The position numbers and the translations under genes were made by a program. This document shows, piece after piece, positions 43,752 through 52,222 of a stretch of 64,000 nt of DNA. Under the pieces are notes generated by a model, which was not told the origin of the DNA, did no database searches, and saw nothing but the letters and a program-made list of their open reading frames with translations. How positions within the stretch are numbered: the stretch's first letter is position 1; every line of letters starts with the position of its first letter. Where the stretch lies: the sequence record NC_055733.1; one strand, 5' to 3'.

Positions 43752-44183
43752 TCACTTACCGCGACGAACTTTCTTTTTGGTAACCGGTGATTGAGTTTCT
43801 GCACCAGTCGGACGCGGAGCGTGACGCTTGAACTTGAACTCGGTACGCTGGGTTTCGGCATCAACGATGCGATTTTGCTTGCCAAGTACCAGAGATTCGG
43901 TATCTTTCACGTACTTGTATACGCGCTCGGCTTTGCGTACCAGACGAGTCAGAGCAACGTCCAGACGAGATTCTTGTGCGCCTTTCTTCGGGTTCTTAGG
44001 ACCAGCATAGCCCCAACGAGAAGACTTAGCGGGAACCTTTTTCAGTGCTGCCTTAGCAGCTTCATCTTGCGGGTTAGCGGCAACATGACGCTCGATATCC
44101 CGGGTCTTGTTTTTCACAAACAGACCAGCGGTTTTGTAGGTTGCGAAGTGACCCTTGCCACGAGAAGATTTTTTACCAGCCAT
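43752..44183 (-). CDS. Highly basic hypothetical protein
   Basis: K/R-rich, AAGGA RBS, biased codons, followed by a terminator. Confidence 0.75.
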   Translation of the reverse strand: MAGKKSSRGKGHFATYKTAGLFVKNKTRDIERHVAANPQDEAAKAALKKVPAKSSRWGYAGPKNPKKGAQESRLDVALTRLVRKAERVYKYVKDTESLVLGKQNRIVDAETQRTEFKFKRHAPRPTGAETQSPVTKKKVRRGK

Positions 44184-44343
44184 TTTGAATTTCCTTTTGT
44201 ATAGATTCGATTAGTTGTTTAACACCGTCATCACTGAATTCAGTTTCGATGTTTTCGACGTCTAGTGTCCAACTAGCCGTAAGCTTTCTAGGTTTAGCGT
44301 TAACAACGACTCGTTCGACTCTGAATGTCAGTGATTGATCAGT
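44173..44343 (-). other. 56-codon gp23-like open frame directly after the rIII stop, with no ATG/GTG/TTG
   Basis: TDQSLTFRVERVVVNAKPRKLTASWTLD... aligns with gp23 MSFRIDKQVVEAKSRQLKAQYSIE. Confidence 0.55.
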
Positions 44344-44628
44344 TCAGGATTTGAAGTAGTCTTTCAGTTCGGTAGTGATACCGCGAACAACAGTGCTATC
44401 CAGTTCTTTAGCGAAACGCAGACCGTATCCTTGTTCCATGTCCCATTGGTTGATGTATTCTACCAGTTCAACGGCTTTCTTGTTCTTGGGAAGAGCGGAA
44501 GCAACTTCCAGAGCATAAGCCAGAACGTCGATAGACGCGCCTTGATTTTCGTGACCGGCATTCCATGCTTGACGTTGAGCAACAACACCACCACGTACCA
44601 GAGTTTCAGCAAAAGTTTTTACAGACAT
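44344..44628 (-). CDS. rIII: Lysis inhibition accessory protein RIII
   Basis: QRQAWNAGHENQGASIDVLAYALEV matches T4 QRNAWNNGHENYGASIDVEAEALE. Confidence 0.88.
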   Translation of the reverse strand: MSVKTFAETLVRGGVVAQRQAWNAGHENQGASIDVLAYALEVASALPKNKKAVELVEYINQWDMEQGYGLRFAKELDSTVVRGITTELKDYFKS

Positions 44629-44637
44629 TTTATTTCC

Positions 44638-45048
44638 TTAACGATTCAGAAGAGTAAGAGAAGATGTGAACGGTTGCTCACTTTGTTCTACGGGTTTGCC
44701 TTGTGGCTTACCATCATAGATTGTACGAATGCCTTTGTAATGCATAGTCACGAAAATTCGTGCTTCTGTGCTGTTACGCGGGATAAGCCCGTAGGCCATT
44801 CGCGGGTCAGGTACGTTACTGTAAATCCCACCACCTTGCGGCAGCGCAACGTCCTTTCCAATCAACTCTTTGATACTTTCTGGACAGTTTTCACCAACAG
44901 AAACGACAGTTCCATACAAAGGAATGTCACCTTGATTTCTAACACCGAGAATCAATCCGGCATCAGATTTCAGTTCCTCACCCTTTCGGGCTGCATTACA
45001 TTCGAGAACAACTTGTTCGTCAAATGCTCTAAAACCTAATTCACTCAT
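44638..45048 (-). CDS. 31: GroES-like co-chaperonin gp31
   Basis: RAFDEQVVL, GLILG, GTVVSVGE, NVPDP, HYKGI. Confidence 0.9.
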   Translation of the reverse strand: MSELGFRAFDEQVVLECNAARKGEELKSDAGLILGVRNQGDIPLYGTVVSVGENCPESIKELIGKDVALPQGGGIYSNVPDPRMAYGLIPRNSTEARIFVTMHYKGIRTIYDGKPQGKPVEQSEQPFTSSLTLLNR

Positions 45049-45117
45049 TATTGATCTTCTTTAAATGAGTTTAACATACGTTGTCTCTCAGGACAACTCC
45101 CTTTTGTTGTTCGCTTG

Positions 45118-45162
45118 TCGCGTCAACAAAGTAATAATATCATTGTTGACGCGAGTCGTAAA
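45118..45162 (-). promoter_or_regulatory. Early promoter for g31 with the -10 inside a perfect 12-bp inverted repeat
   Basis: GTTTACG-17-TATTAT; TCGCGTCAACAA/TTGTTGACGCGA arms. Confidence 0.75.
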
Positions 45163-45164
45163 CA

Positions 45165-45494
45165 TTAAATTCGAATCAAATCTTCGATTTTCAGAGAACC
45201 GATGGAGATCAGTTTCTTGAGCTGGAAGCTACGCCACTCTTTGGTACCAACTTCATAGAAGCGGCAAGACTCAAAGCTTTCGCGACGCACAACAGACGGT
45301 TTAACTTCTTTTTCGAACAGCTCTTTGCCGAGTTCGGTAGTGATCAGGCGCTCATTCAAAGAGGCTTGAGCTACACGTATGGAGCCGTCAACTTTTTCGA
45401 ACACCACTTGATGTTCACCCAGACGCAGAATTGCTTCCACGCAACGTTTTACGATTACTTTTTCGTTTTCGGTCAGATCTTCCCACTTTCTCAT
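45165..45494 (-). CDS. 31.1: T4 31.1-like SH3 protein
   Basis: VVFEKVDGSIRVA..L, FYEVGTKEWRSF; synteny. Confidence 0.78.
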   Translation of the reverse strand: MRKWEDLTENEKVIVKRCVEAILRLGEHQVVFEKVDGSIRVAQASLNERLITTELGKELFEKEVKPSVVRRESFESCRFYEVGTKEWRSFQLKKLISIGSLKIEDLIRI

Positions 45495-45766
45495 TTTTTC
45501 GGTTCCTTACAGGTTTTGTCAGTTATATCAGTTTCTTTCATCCAGCCGGACTCGCTAGAGTAGAAGAATGTTTTATTGGTCGGAGCAGGAGCATATCGGG
45601 ATTGTTCGATATGCACAGTTCGGCCTTTGTATGTTGCATTGCAATCAACATCGGTATCAACCACGTTGCTCATGTATTCAGATGCAGCAGGCATAGCCAT
45701 AAGCACTACAACAACACCGAACAGGACTTTCTTTGCACGGTCACTCAGGGTAAAATCAAACTTCAT
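45491..45766 (-). CDS. Exported/membrane-anchored hypothetical protein
   Basis: N-terminal TM or signal peptide, Cys pair. Confidence 0.6.
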   Translation of the reverse strand: MKFDFTLSDRAKKVLFGVVVVLMAMPAASEYMSNVVDTDVDCNATYKGRTVHIEQSRYAPAPTNKTFFYSSESGWMKETDITDKTCKEPKK

Positions 45767-46311
45767 TCTATACGTTTCCTTTTAGATAAAACTTTTTCCC
45801 AGTTTAACATAGTCAGGTATTTCTTGTCAATCTTTATGACTTTGATACCGCTACGTGTCAACGTTTCGGCCCAATCCGCGTTTGAGCCGTTATAATCTTC
45901 ACAATACACAAGCGTTTTGATTTTAGCTTGTGCAATCGTCTTGGCACACTCTGGACACGGTGCCATAGTGCAATACATGGTAGCGCCTTCGATAGACTTG
46001 CCGCCGTGAGCAGCGAACAGAATAGCGTTCATTTCTGCATGAATAACGTTGGACTTAGCCCAAGCGGAGTATTCATCCGACTTGTCTTGTCTGAGTCTCA
46101 ATTCTTTACCCACTCCAGGAACATCGACGTATTCTGCCCATCCGTTTTCTTCTGCTACTTCGTCACAGTTTGGCTGTCCGGAGATTGTGCCGTTGTAGCC
46201 ACTACTGATAGGACGATCATCTTTAGAGATAATCGCACCAACTCTATAGCTAACACACTTGCTTTCCTGTGCGACAAGAAAGGCATTTTGTAACAGTGTT
46301 GTTGTCTTCAT
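45763..46311 (-). CDS. cd: dCMP deaminase
   Basis: VGAII, SGYNG, HAEMNAI, PCPECAK. Confidence 0.95.
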   Translation of the reverse strand: MKTTTLLQNAFLVAQESKCVSYRVGAIISKDDRPISSGYNGTISGQPNCDEVAEENGWAEYVDVPGVGKELRLRQDKSDEYSAWAKSNVIHAEMNAILFAAHGGKSIEGATMYCTMAPCPECAKTIAQAKIKTLVYCEDYNGSNADWAETLTRSGIKVIKIDKKYLTMLNWEKVLSKRKRIE

Positions 46312-46682
46312 TTTACTGGTTTCGGATCAATAATGATAGAGTCTACCGCAACTTTAATCACGATGTTTTGTTCTTTAAACAAAAGCCTACTAACACGTTG
46401 AAACAGTGCGGCATTATCGTTGATAATGCTCGGATGTTTTGCTGTGTGCCAGTGAGCATTTCGACATTGATAATCTGACCATGCTTCGCGAGCAATGTCA
46501 AGACACACGCCGAGTTCTTTGGCAACAATTCGATGCTTCAACTCATTCCAGAAACCAGAATTGTAAAGCTTGAGTGTAGGATTACCACCCTTGCCAAATG
46601 TGATACCGCCACCAACCGGAATCAGTTTTTTATGCTCGGTATCATAAAAAGCATAGTTGCCCTTTAAATCAATCGTTTCCAT
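46308..46682 (-). CDS. Hypothetical protein
   Basis: ORF in a coupled - strand run. Confidence 0.6.
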   Translation of the reverse strand: METIDLKGNYAFYDTEHKKLIPVGGGITFGKGGNPTLKLYNSGFWNELKHRIVAKELGVCLDIAREAWSDYQCRNAHWHTAKHPSIINDNAALFQRVSRLLFKEQNIVIKVAVDSIIIDPKPVK

Positions 46683-46939
46683 TAAATGTCCTTTGTTGGG
46701 TTTTGAGGCAAATGACCTTCGCACCATTCGATTTTATCGCCAACGTACCACACGGTATAAATCATATTTCGAAATGCCATCATCCCGTTATGCATGGGAT
46801 GAGGAATTCGAATATTAAATTCATATTCATCTGGTCTATTGCGACGATATCCAAAAGGAATGCCTTTCTGTCCGTACTCAGAAGCAAGGACAGGAATCAG
46901 TTTCTCCTCGATTTCAGTCTCAAACTGTGTAGGAGTCAT
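46682..46939 (-). CDS. Hypothetical protein
   Basis: ORF in a coupled - strand run. Confidence 0.6.
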   Translation of the reverse strand: MTPTQFETEIEEKLIPVLASEYGQKGIPFGYRRNRPDEYEFNIRIPHPMHNGMMAFRNMIYTVWYVGDKIEWCEGHLPQNPTKDI

Positions 46940-47223
46940 CTTGTTTTCCCAAACGTTAGTTTAGTAACACTTTCGATCATCATGGTATCCAACATTCGCT
47001 TGATACGACGAGCGTCATCTAGTGCTATTGGTTTATACTTGAGTTTGCCAAACATACTTTTACCGGCAAACTCGCCCTTTTCAATTAGCTCTATCAGCTT
47101 AGGTACCAGTATACTACCCTGGTAATCTTTTGCAAGCTCTTTCGTCTTAAAAATACAAGCTCGTCCGTCTTGTAGAACAACTGATCTTCTCTGGTTGTCA
47201 TCAAAATATGTAATCGCGTACAT
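46936..47223 (-). CDS. Hypothetical protein
   Basis: GGAG RBS. Confidence 0.6.
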   Translation of the reverse strand: MYAITYFDDNQRRSVVLQDGRACIFKTKELAKDYQGSILVPKLIELIEKGEFAGKSMFGKLKYKPIALDDARRIKRMLDTMMIESVTKLTFGKTR

Positions 47224-47296
47224 AAAAACTCCTTGTTTCTATCTATGCTATCACAGAAATAACACAGAAGAAACAAGGGGATTCCTCCCCTTGCAA

Positions 47297-48214
47297 TTAG
47301 AAATTGGATTCTTGAACTTCCCAGCACTCAAGACCAATCGAGCGCCACATATCTACCACTTTCTTGCGGTCATCTACAGCATACAGCACGTTGAATTTCG
47401 GTGCAATATCACGGAAGAAGATTTCTTTCTTGATAACGTCATCGGGACGTTGATCTCCTGCTTCACGCTGGAAGTGAAAATCACACGGCATACCGACTTT
47501 CTTGTACCACTCTGCGGTGGCCCCTTTACAACAGCCATCACGACCACTCAAGTTGATGATAGTCACACCACGCGCTTTCAGATCTTTAGCGTGATTGATT
47601 ACGTTATATTTCGGCAGATCTTGTCCAACCTTGTCCCATTCGAACGGACCGCGATTGTGCATATGTGCAGTAGTTCCGTCAGTGTCAAACATCACCGCGC
47701 TAGGCAGAGAGGTGGACGGCTCATACAACTCGGTTTCAACTGCATAATCGGGAACATACGAAGTATGAATTTCAGGATTGAATTGTTCAACAAATTGTTC
47801 ATGCATCGCTTTCACGCGCTCGGGATCAAGTTTCCAAGCTCCGCGAGTTTTGTTACGCGCAAGCAGCTCGTCCAGCTCAACATTGAACCACAGTTCACGA
47901 TATTCGTATCCAACACTAGCGGCAAATTCTTGCCACTGTTTACGATACACTGGACTCAAATTGGTATCGGAAATGATTACATTCTTTTTAGCGGCAACAG
48001 CAGCATTAACAGCGGCTTTGTTGATCTCACTAACGAGATTTTCGCGATCATTGTTGAACTTATATTCACCCCAGCCACCAACCGCAAACAGAGACTTCCG
48101 AGTGTTATCGCGATTTACTTCCACAAGTAGACCACGAGATTTCTTTACTTCACTTTTTGCGTAGGTACTCTTACCAGAAGACGATACGCCAACAGTCAAT
48201 TCAATATACGGCAT
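47297..48214 (-). CDS. pseT: Polynucleotide 5'-kinase/3'-phosphatase
   Basis: GVSSSGKST P-loop, IISDTNL, FDTDGT HAD motif, DDRKKVVDMWR. Confidence 0.95.
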   Translation of the reverse strand: MPYIELTVGVSSSGKSTYAKSEVKKSRGLLVEVNRDNTRKSLFAVGGWGEYKFNNDRENLVSEINKAAVNAAVAAKKNVIISDTNLSPVYRKQWQEFAASVGYEYRELWFNVELDELLARNKTRGAWKLDPERVKAMHEQFVEQFNPEIHTSYVPDYAVETELYEPSTSLPSAVMFDTDGTTAHMHNRGPFEWDKVGQDLPKYNVINHAKDLKARGVTIINLSGRDGCCKGATAEWYKKVGMPCDFHFQREAGDQRPDDVIKKEIFFRDIAPKFNVLYAVDDRKKVVDMWRSIGLECWEVQESNF

Positions 48215-48216
48215 TT

Positions 48217-48711
48217 TTAACCCTTATTTACCAGTTCTACCAGATAAGGCACGATTTCATCATGCTTTACGGTTTTGCTATGTTTACCATGCATTCCAAA
48301 CATCCGATTATACGGGGTTTGATCGTTCATGTAAACTACCTTTTCATTTTCTTTATAGACAACATAAAACTTGTAGCATCCAACTCGGATATAAAGATTG
48401 TTGATGATCACTTCCACAGAGTTTTCACCGAATGCGTCTCGAACGTCTTTTGTGATTCGCATCTTATCGGTAATTTCGTCAAACTCTTGTGCACCATCAT
48501 CGCTAAAGATTCGTTCACAGTAATAATCCTTGCCGTCTTGAACTTCTAGTTCAATACAGTGAGAATCATAATACCCATGCTCGTCATCTTCCAACTCTTG
48601 TTCGAGTTTGGCAATTGCTTTTAAAACTGCATCACGCTCGAATTCAATCTCAACATCGGTGATTTCGAATCTAGCTTGATCTTCCTCAAAAGCATTCAGA
48701 TTGGCTTTCAT
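48217..48711 (-). CDS. Acidic hypothetical protein
   Basis: 164-aa ORF with a GGAG RBS. Confidence 0.65.
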   Translation of the reverse strand: MKANLNAFEEDQARFEITDVEIEFERDAVLKAIAKLEQELEDDEHGYYDSHCIELEVQDGKDYYCERIFSDDGAQEFDEITDKMRITKDVRDAFGENSVEVIINNLYIRVGCYKFYVVYKENEKVVYMNDQTPYNRMFGMHGKHSKTVKHDEIVPYLVELVNKG

Positions 48712-48792
48712 TCTACAGTCTCCTTTTGACTTTTCAAGACAACTCGAAAATTGTCTTGAAAAGTCGGGCAGTTTCCTCTGCCCACACTTATA

Positions 48793-49317
48793 TTATTGCT
48801 CGATACAGTCACAATTCTGTAACTTTCTCATGTTGGCCTTGACTTTAGAAAGGTAAGTCTGACCGTCTTTGCCACGATAGTTAAATCCGGCATTATATGA
48901 AGCAATGATCTTGCTCCAAGCTTTCTTACCATGAACTTCTTGCCAGTATTTCAAGTTCATTTCGGTCATGGAAGCAGATAGCTCCATGTTCTCGATTAGA
49001 CCCTTTTTGAGATCGCGAACTTGTTTGGCAGTCATCTTGTAACCAAGCTTCTTTTCCAGTCCCCTAACGGTGTAACGAAGATTATTCTGAAACACCCCGT
49101 AGTCACCGGAAACATTGTTTACGAGATCCTTTCCAGCTTGACTCTCGGTAAGAGCTATGGCAGCAAAAGTCATGCCGTAATCCATATTCTGACCCAACTC
49201 ATATGCTCGATTAAGAACATACAACTGATCAGCATTCAAATCAAGACTAGACGGCGCAGCATTAACGCCAACACTACTAACTGCCAACAGTAGTGCTATA
49301 CCGATTTTCTTTAACAT
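48793..49317 (-). CDS. Exported SLT-type lytic transglycosylase
   Basis: Signal peptide, AAIALTES catalytic Glu, GVFQNN, IASYNAG. Confidence 0.82.
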   Translation of the reverse strand: MLKKIGIALLLAVSSVGVNAAPSSLDLNADQLYVLNRAYELGQNMDYGMTFAAIALTESQAGKDLVNNVSGDYGVFQNNLRYTVRGLEKKLGYKMTAKQVRDLKKGLIENMELSASMTEMNLKYWQEVHGKKAWSKIIASYNAGFNYRGKDGQTYLSKVKANMRKLQNCDCIEQ

Positions 49318-49399
49318 TTTCTTCCTCTATTTGTTTGGAATAGAAAGATACCTTTTTCTATGCACTTCCTTTGTTGTGGTTGTTGATGATTGCCTAGTG

Positions 49400-49427
49400 A
49401 TTATACACGACGAAATAGCTATGTCAA
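49400..49427 (-). promoter_or_regulatory. Sigma70-type promoter for the transglycosylase gene
   Basis: TTGACA-16-TATAAT. Confidence 0.75.
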
Positions 49428-49509
49428 ACGGTATAATCGATTTTATCTCATTTGATTATTAAATAATCTACTCCAGAAATCAGATATCGTAAGATTGCGA
49501 GCATAGCGA

Positions 49510-49589
49510 GCTAACTTATTGATTTCATTGAAGAAGACAAAATAGATTCTCATTAAAGTATTATAAGAGATTTTATTTTGTCTTTTTAG
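49510..49589. repeat. 80-bp structured non-coding repeat, copy 2
   Basis: 76/80 identical to 12684-12763, same orientation. Confidence 0.9.
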
Positions 49590-49645
49590 ATCATTTAATT
49601 AACACTTATAACAAGGTTTTAACAAACTAGCGGCTACGCCGCAGT

Positions 49646-49957
49646 CTATCGACACTCTTCTTCCTTGAGATCTTTTCGATAATGACAAATGATCTCGTTT
49701 TGCTTCTGAACATAGTTGAACACTTTTTCAAGCCAGATCCGATATCTTACCGAATCATCATAGCTCATTGCTACATAAGGCTTACCGTCGTCAAGAATTA
49801 CTCTCCACTCCGGTCGATAAGTCTCTACTACTTCCGGTCTCGGTGGGTGATAGACAACTGGCTTGATTTCTTGTTGGTGTTTCGCACACCCACCCAACAT
49901 CAGAGTTAGTCCAATCAATGCATGTTTCATTTGCATTTCTTCGCTCCCATGATACAA
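49646..49957 (-). CDS. pseT.2: Outer-membrane spanin (o-spanin)
   Basis: Lipobox LGGC, Pro-rich segment, overlaps the i-spanin. Confidence 0.8.
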   Translation of the reverse strand: MYHGSEEMQMKHALIGLTLMLGGCAKHQQEIKPVVYHPPRPEVVETYRPEWRVILDDGKPYVAMSYDDSVRYRIWLEKVFNYVQKQNEIICHYRKDLKEEECR

Positions 49958-50313
49958 TCGGCGTTATCACTAAATCCCTGATAACTGGTATTGATCTTCT
50001 TCTCTACCAGCTTGGGTTTCTTGGCAACAACGTCACCTCTGCCGATCATCTTCTCAAGTCCAGATACTTTGTTATCAAGCTTCGTATTAAGCTCTCCCAT
50101 GCGTTTTCCAAGCGTTTGACTCTGAGTTGATAGCTCCGTAATATTCTCCTGCAACTCTTTCGCCAAACGCTCCTGGCTTTCGATTTGAGTTGATAAACTC
50201 GATATCTCTTTTCTCTGATCCTCTATCGTGCTGCTCATATACCAGAAAGCGCCGCCAAGCAGAGCAATCCCAAGTACACCAGCAGTCCACTTATTCGCTA
50301 ATAAACCTAACAT
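49927..50313 (-). CDS. pseT.3: Inner-membrane spanin (i-spanin)
   Basis: N-terminal TM, coiled coil, VAKKPKLVEKKIN. Confidence 0.82.
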   Translation of the reverse strand: MLGLLANKWTAGVLGIALLGGAFWYMSSTIEDQRKEISSLSTQIESQERLAKELQENITELSTQSQTLGKRMGELNTKLDNKVSGLEKMIGRGDVVAKKPKLVEKKINTSYQGFSDNADCIMGAKKCK

Positions 50314-50548
50314 ACTTCTCCTTATGTCTCATGATTTTGTGAACAAGCACATTACTATTTACAAACAACTGAACCGTTTCCTTTGTGTGAATTTCGAGCG
50401 CACCAGTAATGAAATCCTTGATAAAGAACTTATTACCCTTCCGACTGATTGCATACAGATTGCGACAATTGACGATGTAATGACGTTCGCCCTTATAGAA
50501 CCGTGCTATCAGTTGACTTGATGCCATAAGCCTTGATTGGGAACACAT
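50291..50548 (-). CDS. Hypothetical protein (start uncertain)
   Basis: ORF in the operon. Confidence 0.45.
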   Translation of the reverse strand: MCSQSRLMASSQLIARFYKGERHYIVNCRNLYAISRKGNKFFIKDFITGALEIHTKETVQLFVNSNVLVHKIMRHKEKYVRFISE

Positions 50549-50786
50549 CGGTAGCGACGATAGGATCGATTACCTCAGCTTTCTCATAATCAGTCATACA
50601 CTCGTTTAGCTTCTTAAAGAAAGCGTTGGCATCGCATTCCATAGCGCATACAGACGGTATATCACCATGCACGATAAATGGGTGAATAGGATTACCGGTG
50701 TATTCGACTGTGCCAACTTTGTTGATCTTCTGCTTGTGTACCAAGTACAGTTTGCCGTCTTTATAAATATCTTTCATGCTAAACAT
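50493..50786 (-). CDS. Hypothetical protein
   Basis: GAGGA RBS. Confidence 0.6.
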   Translation of the reverse strand: MFSMKDIYKDGKLYLVHKQKINKVGTVEYTGNPIHPFIVHGDIPSVCAMECDANAFFKKLNECMTDYEKAEVIDPIVATDVFPIKAYGIKSTDSTVL

Positions 50787-50873
50787 ACGAAATTCCTCAT
50801 AGCTAATGAGCTAACATACTATCATAGCTCGGTAAACATTACAAATAAAAAAGGCACCCGAAGGTGCCCAAAA

Positions 50874-51479
50874 TTAATCTCGTTCTACATCTTCAATCAT
50901 GTAACGCGATACATCATGATCGTCATGATACTGATTTCGCCAAGAGCTAATGATCATCTTTGGCTTATAGTCGAATACCATGAAATCAAATGCAGGATAA
51001 GCTTCCAACACTTTCACGATCTCTTCCCATTTTCCGCCACCGATACCAGCTCCGATTCGTGGCATCAGAATGACTGGATTATTGGTGTCGTTTACCGTAG
51101 CTTCTTCGATTCTCAGCATCATTTCATCGAACGCACGTTCAAATGCTTCCAGTCGGAAATCAGGACCACCGTAAAGTTGTGAATATAGATTGAACATCAC
51201 AACGCCACCACCAATTGACGCAGCACTGAGACTTCCTAGTTGGCTAGCCATTTTTTCTTCATCCGTTTTAAACTCAGCGGCATATTCTTCATCTGCCTTT
51301 GCTGCTTCTGGATAATTTCGAGCTACTTGAGCAGCAAAACCAGCTCCCATTGCCGCATAACAGTTACAGCCCTGCGCTACAAATATTTTGGCGTCCGTGT
51401 TGATACCTTCTTTCCGATCTTTAATAAGCTTGTTGATTACTTCGATCAAGTTAGCTTCCAAATAATGAATCATTTTCAC
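50874..51479 (-). CDS. Macrodomain (ADP-ribose-processing) protein, T4 tk.4-like
   Basis: AQGCNCYAAMGAGFA, NLYSQ, MPRIGAGIGGGKW. Confidence 0.88.
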   Translation of the reverse strand: MKMIHYLEANLIEVINKLIKDRKEGINTDAKIFVAQGCNCYAAMGAGFAAQVARNYPEAAKADEEYAAEFKTDEEKMASQLGSLSAASIGGGVVMFNLYSQLYGGPDFRLEAFERAFDEMMLRIEEATVNDTNNPVILMPRIGAGIGGGKWEEIVKVLEAYPAFDFMVFDYKPKMIISSWRNQYHDDHDVSRYMIEDVERD

Positions 51480-51555
51480 ACCTCAATTAAAAGATATCTT
51501 ATCCTATCAACTTATCGTGTTTATGTCAAATGTTTTTGGAAAATAAAAAGCCTCC

Positions 51556-51660
51556 CTAGGGAGGCTCCATATCGTCGTTACCACAGAATGGGCAACTACC
51601 GTCAGAAATATCGGCATGAAACAGACTAGCCGAACAACGATTGCATATATGTACTAACAT
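51556..51660 (-). CDS. 34-aa zinc-ribbon microprotein (not in the track)
   Basis: MLVHICNRCSASLFHADISDGSCPFCGNDDMEPP; GAGGA RBS. Confidence 0.6.
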   Translation of the reverse strand: MLVHICNRCSASLFHADISDGSCPFCGNDDMEPP

Positions 51661-51733
51661 TTTCTTTCCTCTTAGATAATGAATGTAACTCAAACGTCAC
51701 CCGGCTAATGCCGGTTGTCTATAAAATAGACGA

Positions 51734-52222
51734 TTAATCTTGCTTATTTATGTGCTCACTATCTGAGCCATATTGGTAGAATGCGTGTTCTGTGAATAGA
51801 CAACGATTCTTTTTGTCAACTAGGATATCACCGCATCCTAAAAACGATCTCTTTGTGCGTACAGCATTATTCCATACCGCTTTCGGAAACTTATACTCTC
51901 GATTCTTGCCTGTCAATACGAATTCGTTAATGATAACGAGATTCGGAGTTTGACTTGCAAAACGATACATAAAAGAGCCGTCGATGCAAGCGAAATCCAT
52001 CATGTTCTTAGCAATGTAGAAACTGATTTGCTGATTACCGCGCTTGAACCCACGCCATGGTTGACCATTTGCAACATCAAATCCAAGTGCATTCATGAAT
52101 TCAACTAGAGATTCAAGCCGACATTTGATCGCGTCCGCTTGATGTTCTCTGTTCTGCATTGCCGGGGTAGGCTCTCTCCATGTATGGCGATGTTTCCAAG
52201 GAACGTATTTATATTCTGCCAT
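51734..52222 (-). CDS. Hypothetical protein
   Basis: 162-aa ORF coupled to the upstream gene. Confidence 0.65.
   Translation of the reverse strand: MAEYKYVPWKHRHTWREPTPAMQNREHQADAIKCRLESLVEFMNALGFDVANGQPWRGFKRGNQQISFYIAKNMMDFACIDGSFMYRFASQTPNLVIINEFVLTGKNREYKFPKAVWNNAVRTKRSFLGCGDILVDKKNRCLFTEHAFYQYGSDSEHINKQD

Noticed and set aside
44344-44346. Genome-wide TGA recoding
   Set aside because: TGA ends many well-defined genes here (g16, g68, alt) and conserved genes are intact under code 11. Any read-through would be local.
45118-45154. CIRCE heat-shock operator upstream of the co-chaperonin gene
   Set aside because: The arms do not match TTAGCACTC-N9-GAGTGCTAA.
51734-52222. alc ortholog by position between the spanins and rnlA
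   Set aside because: No resemblance to T4 Alc that I can recognise; left as hypothetical.
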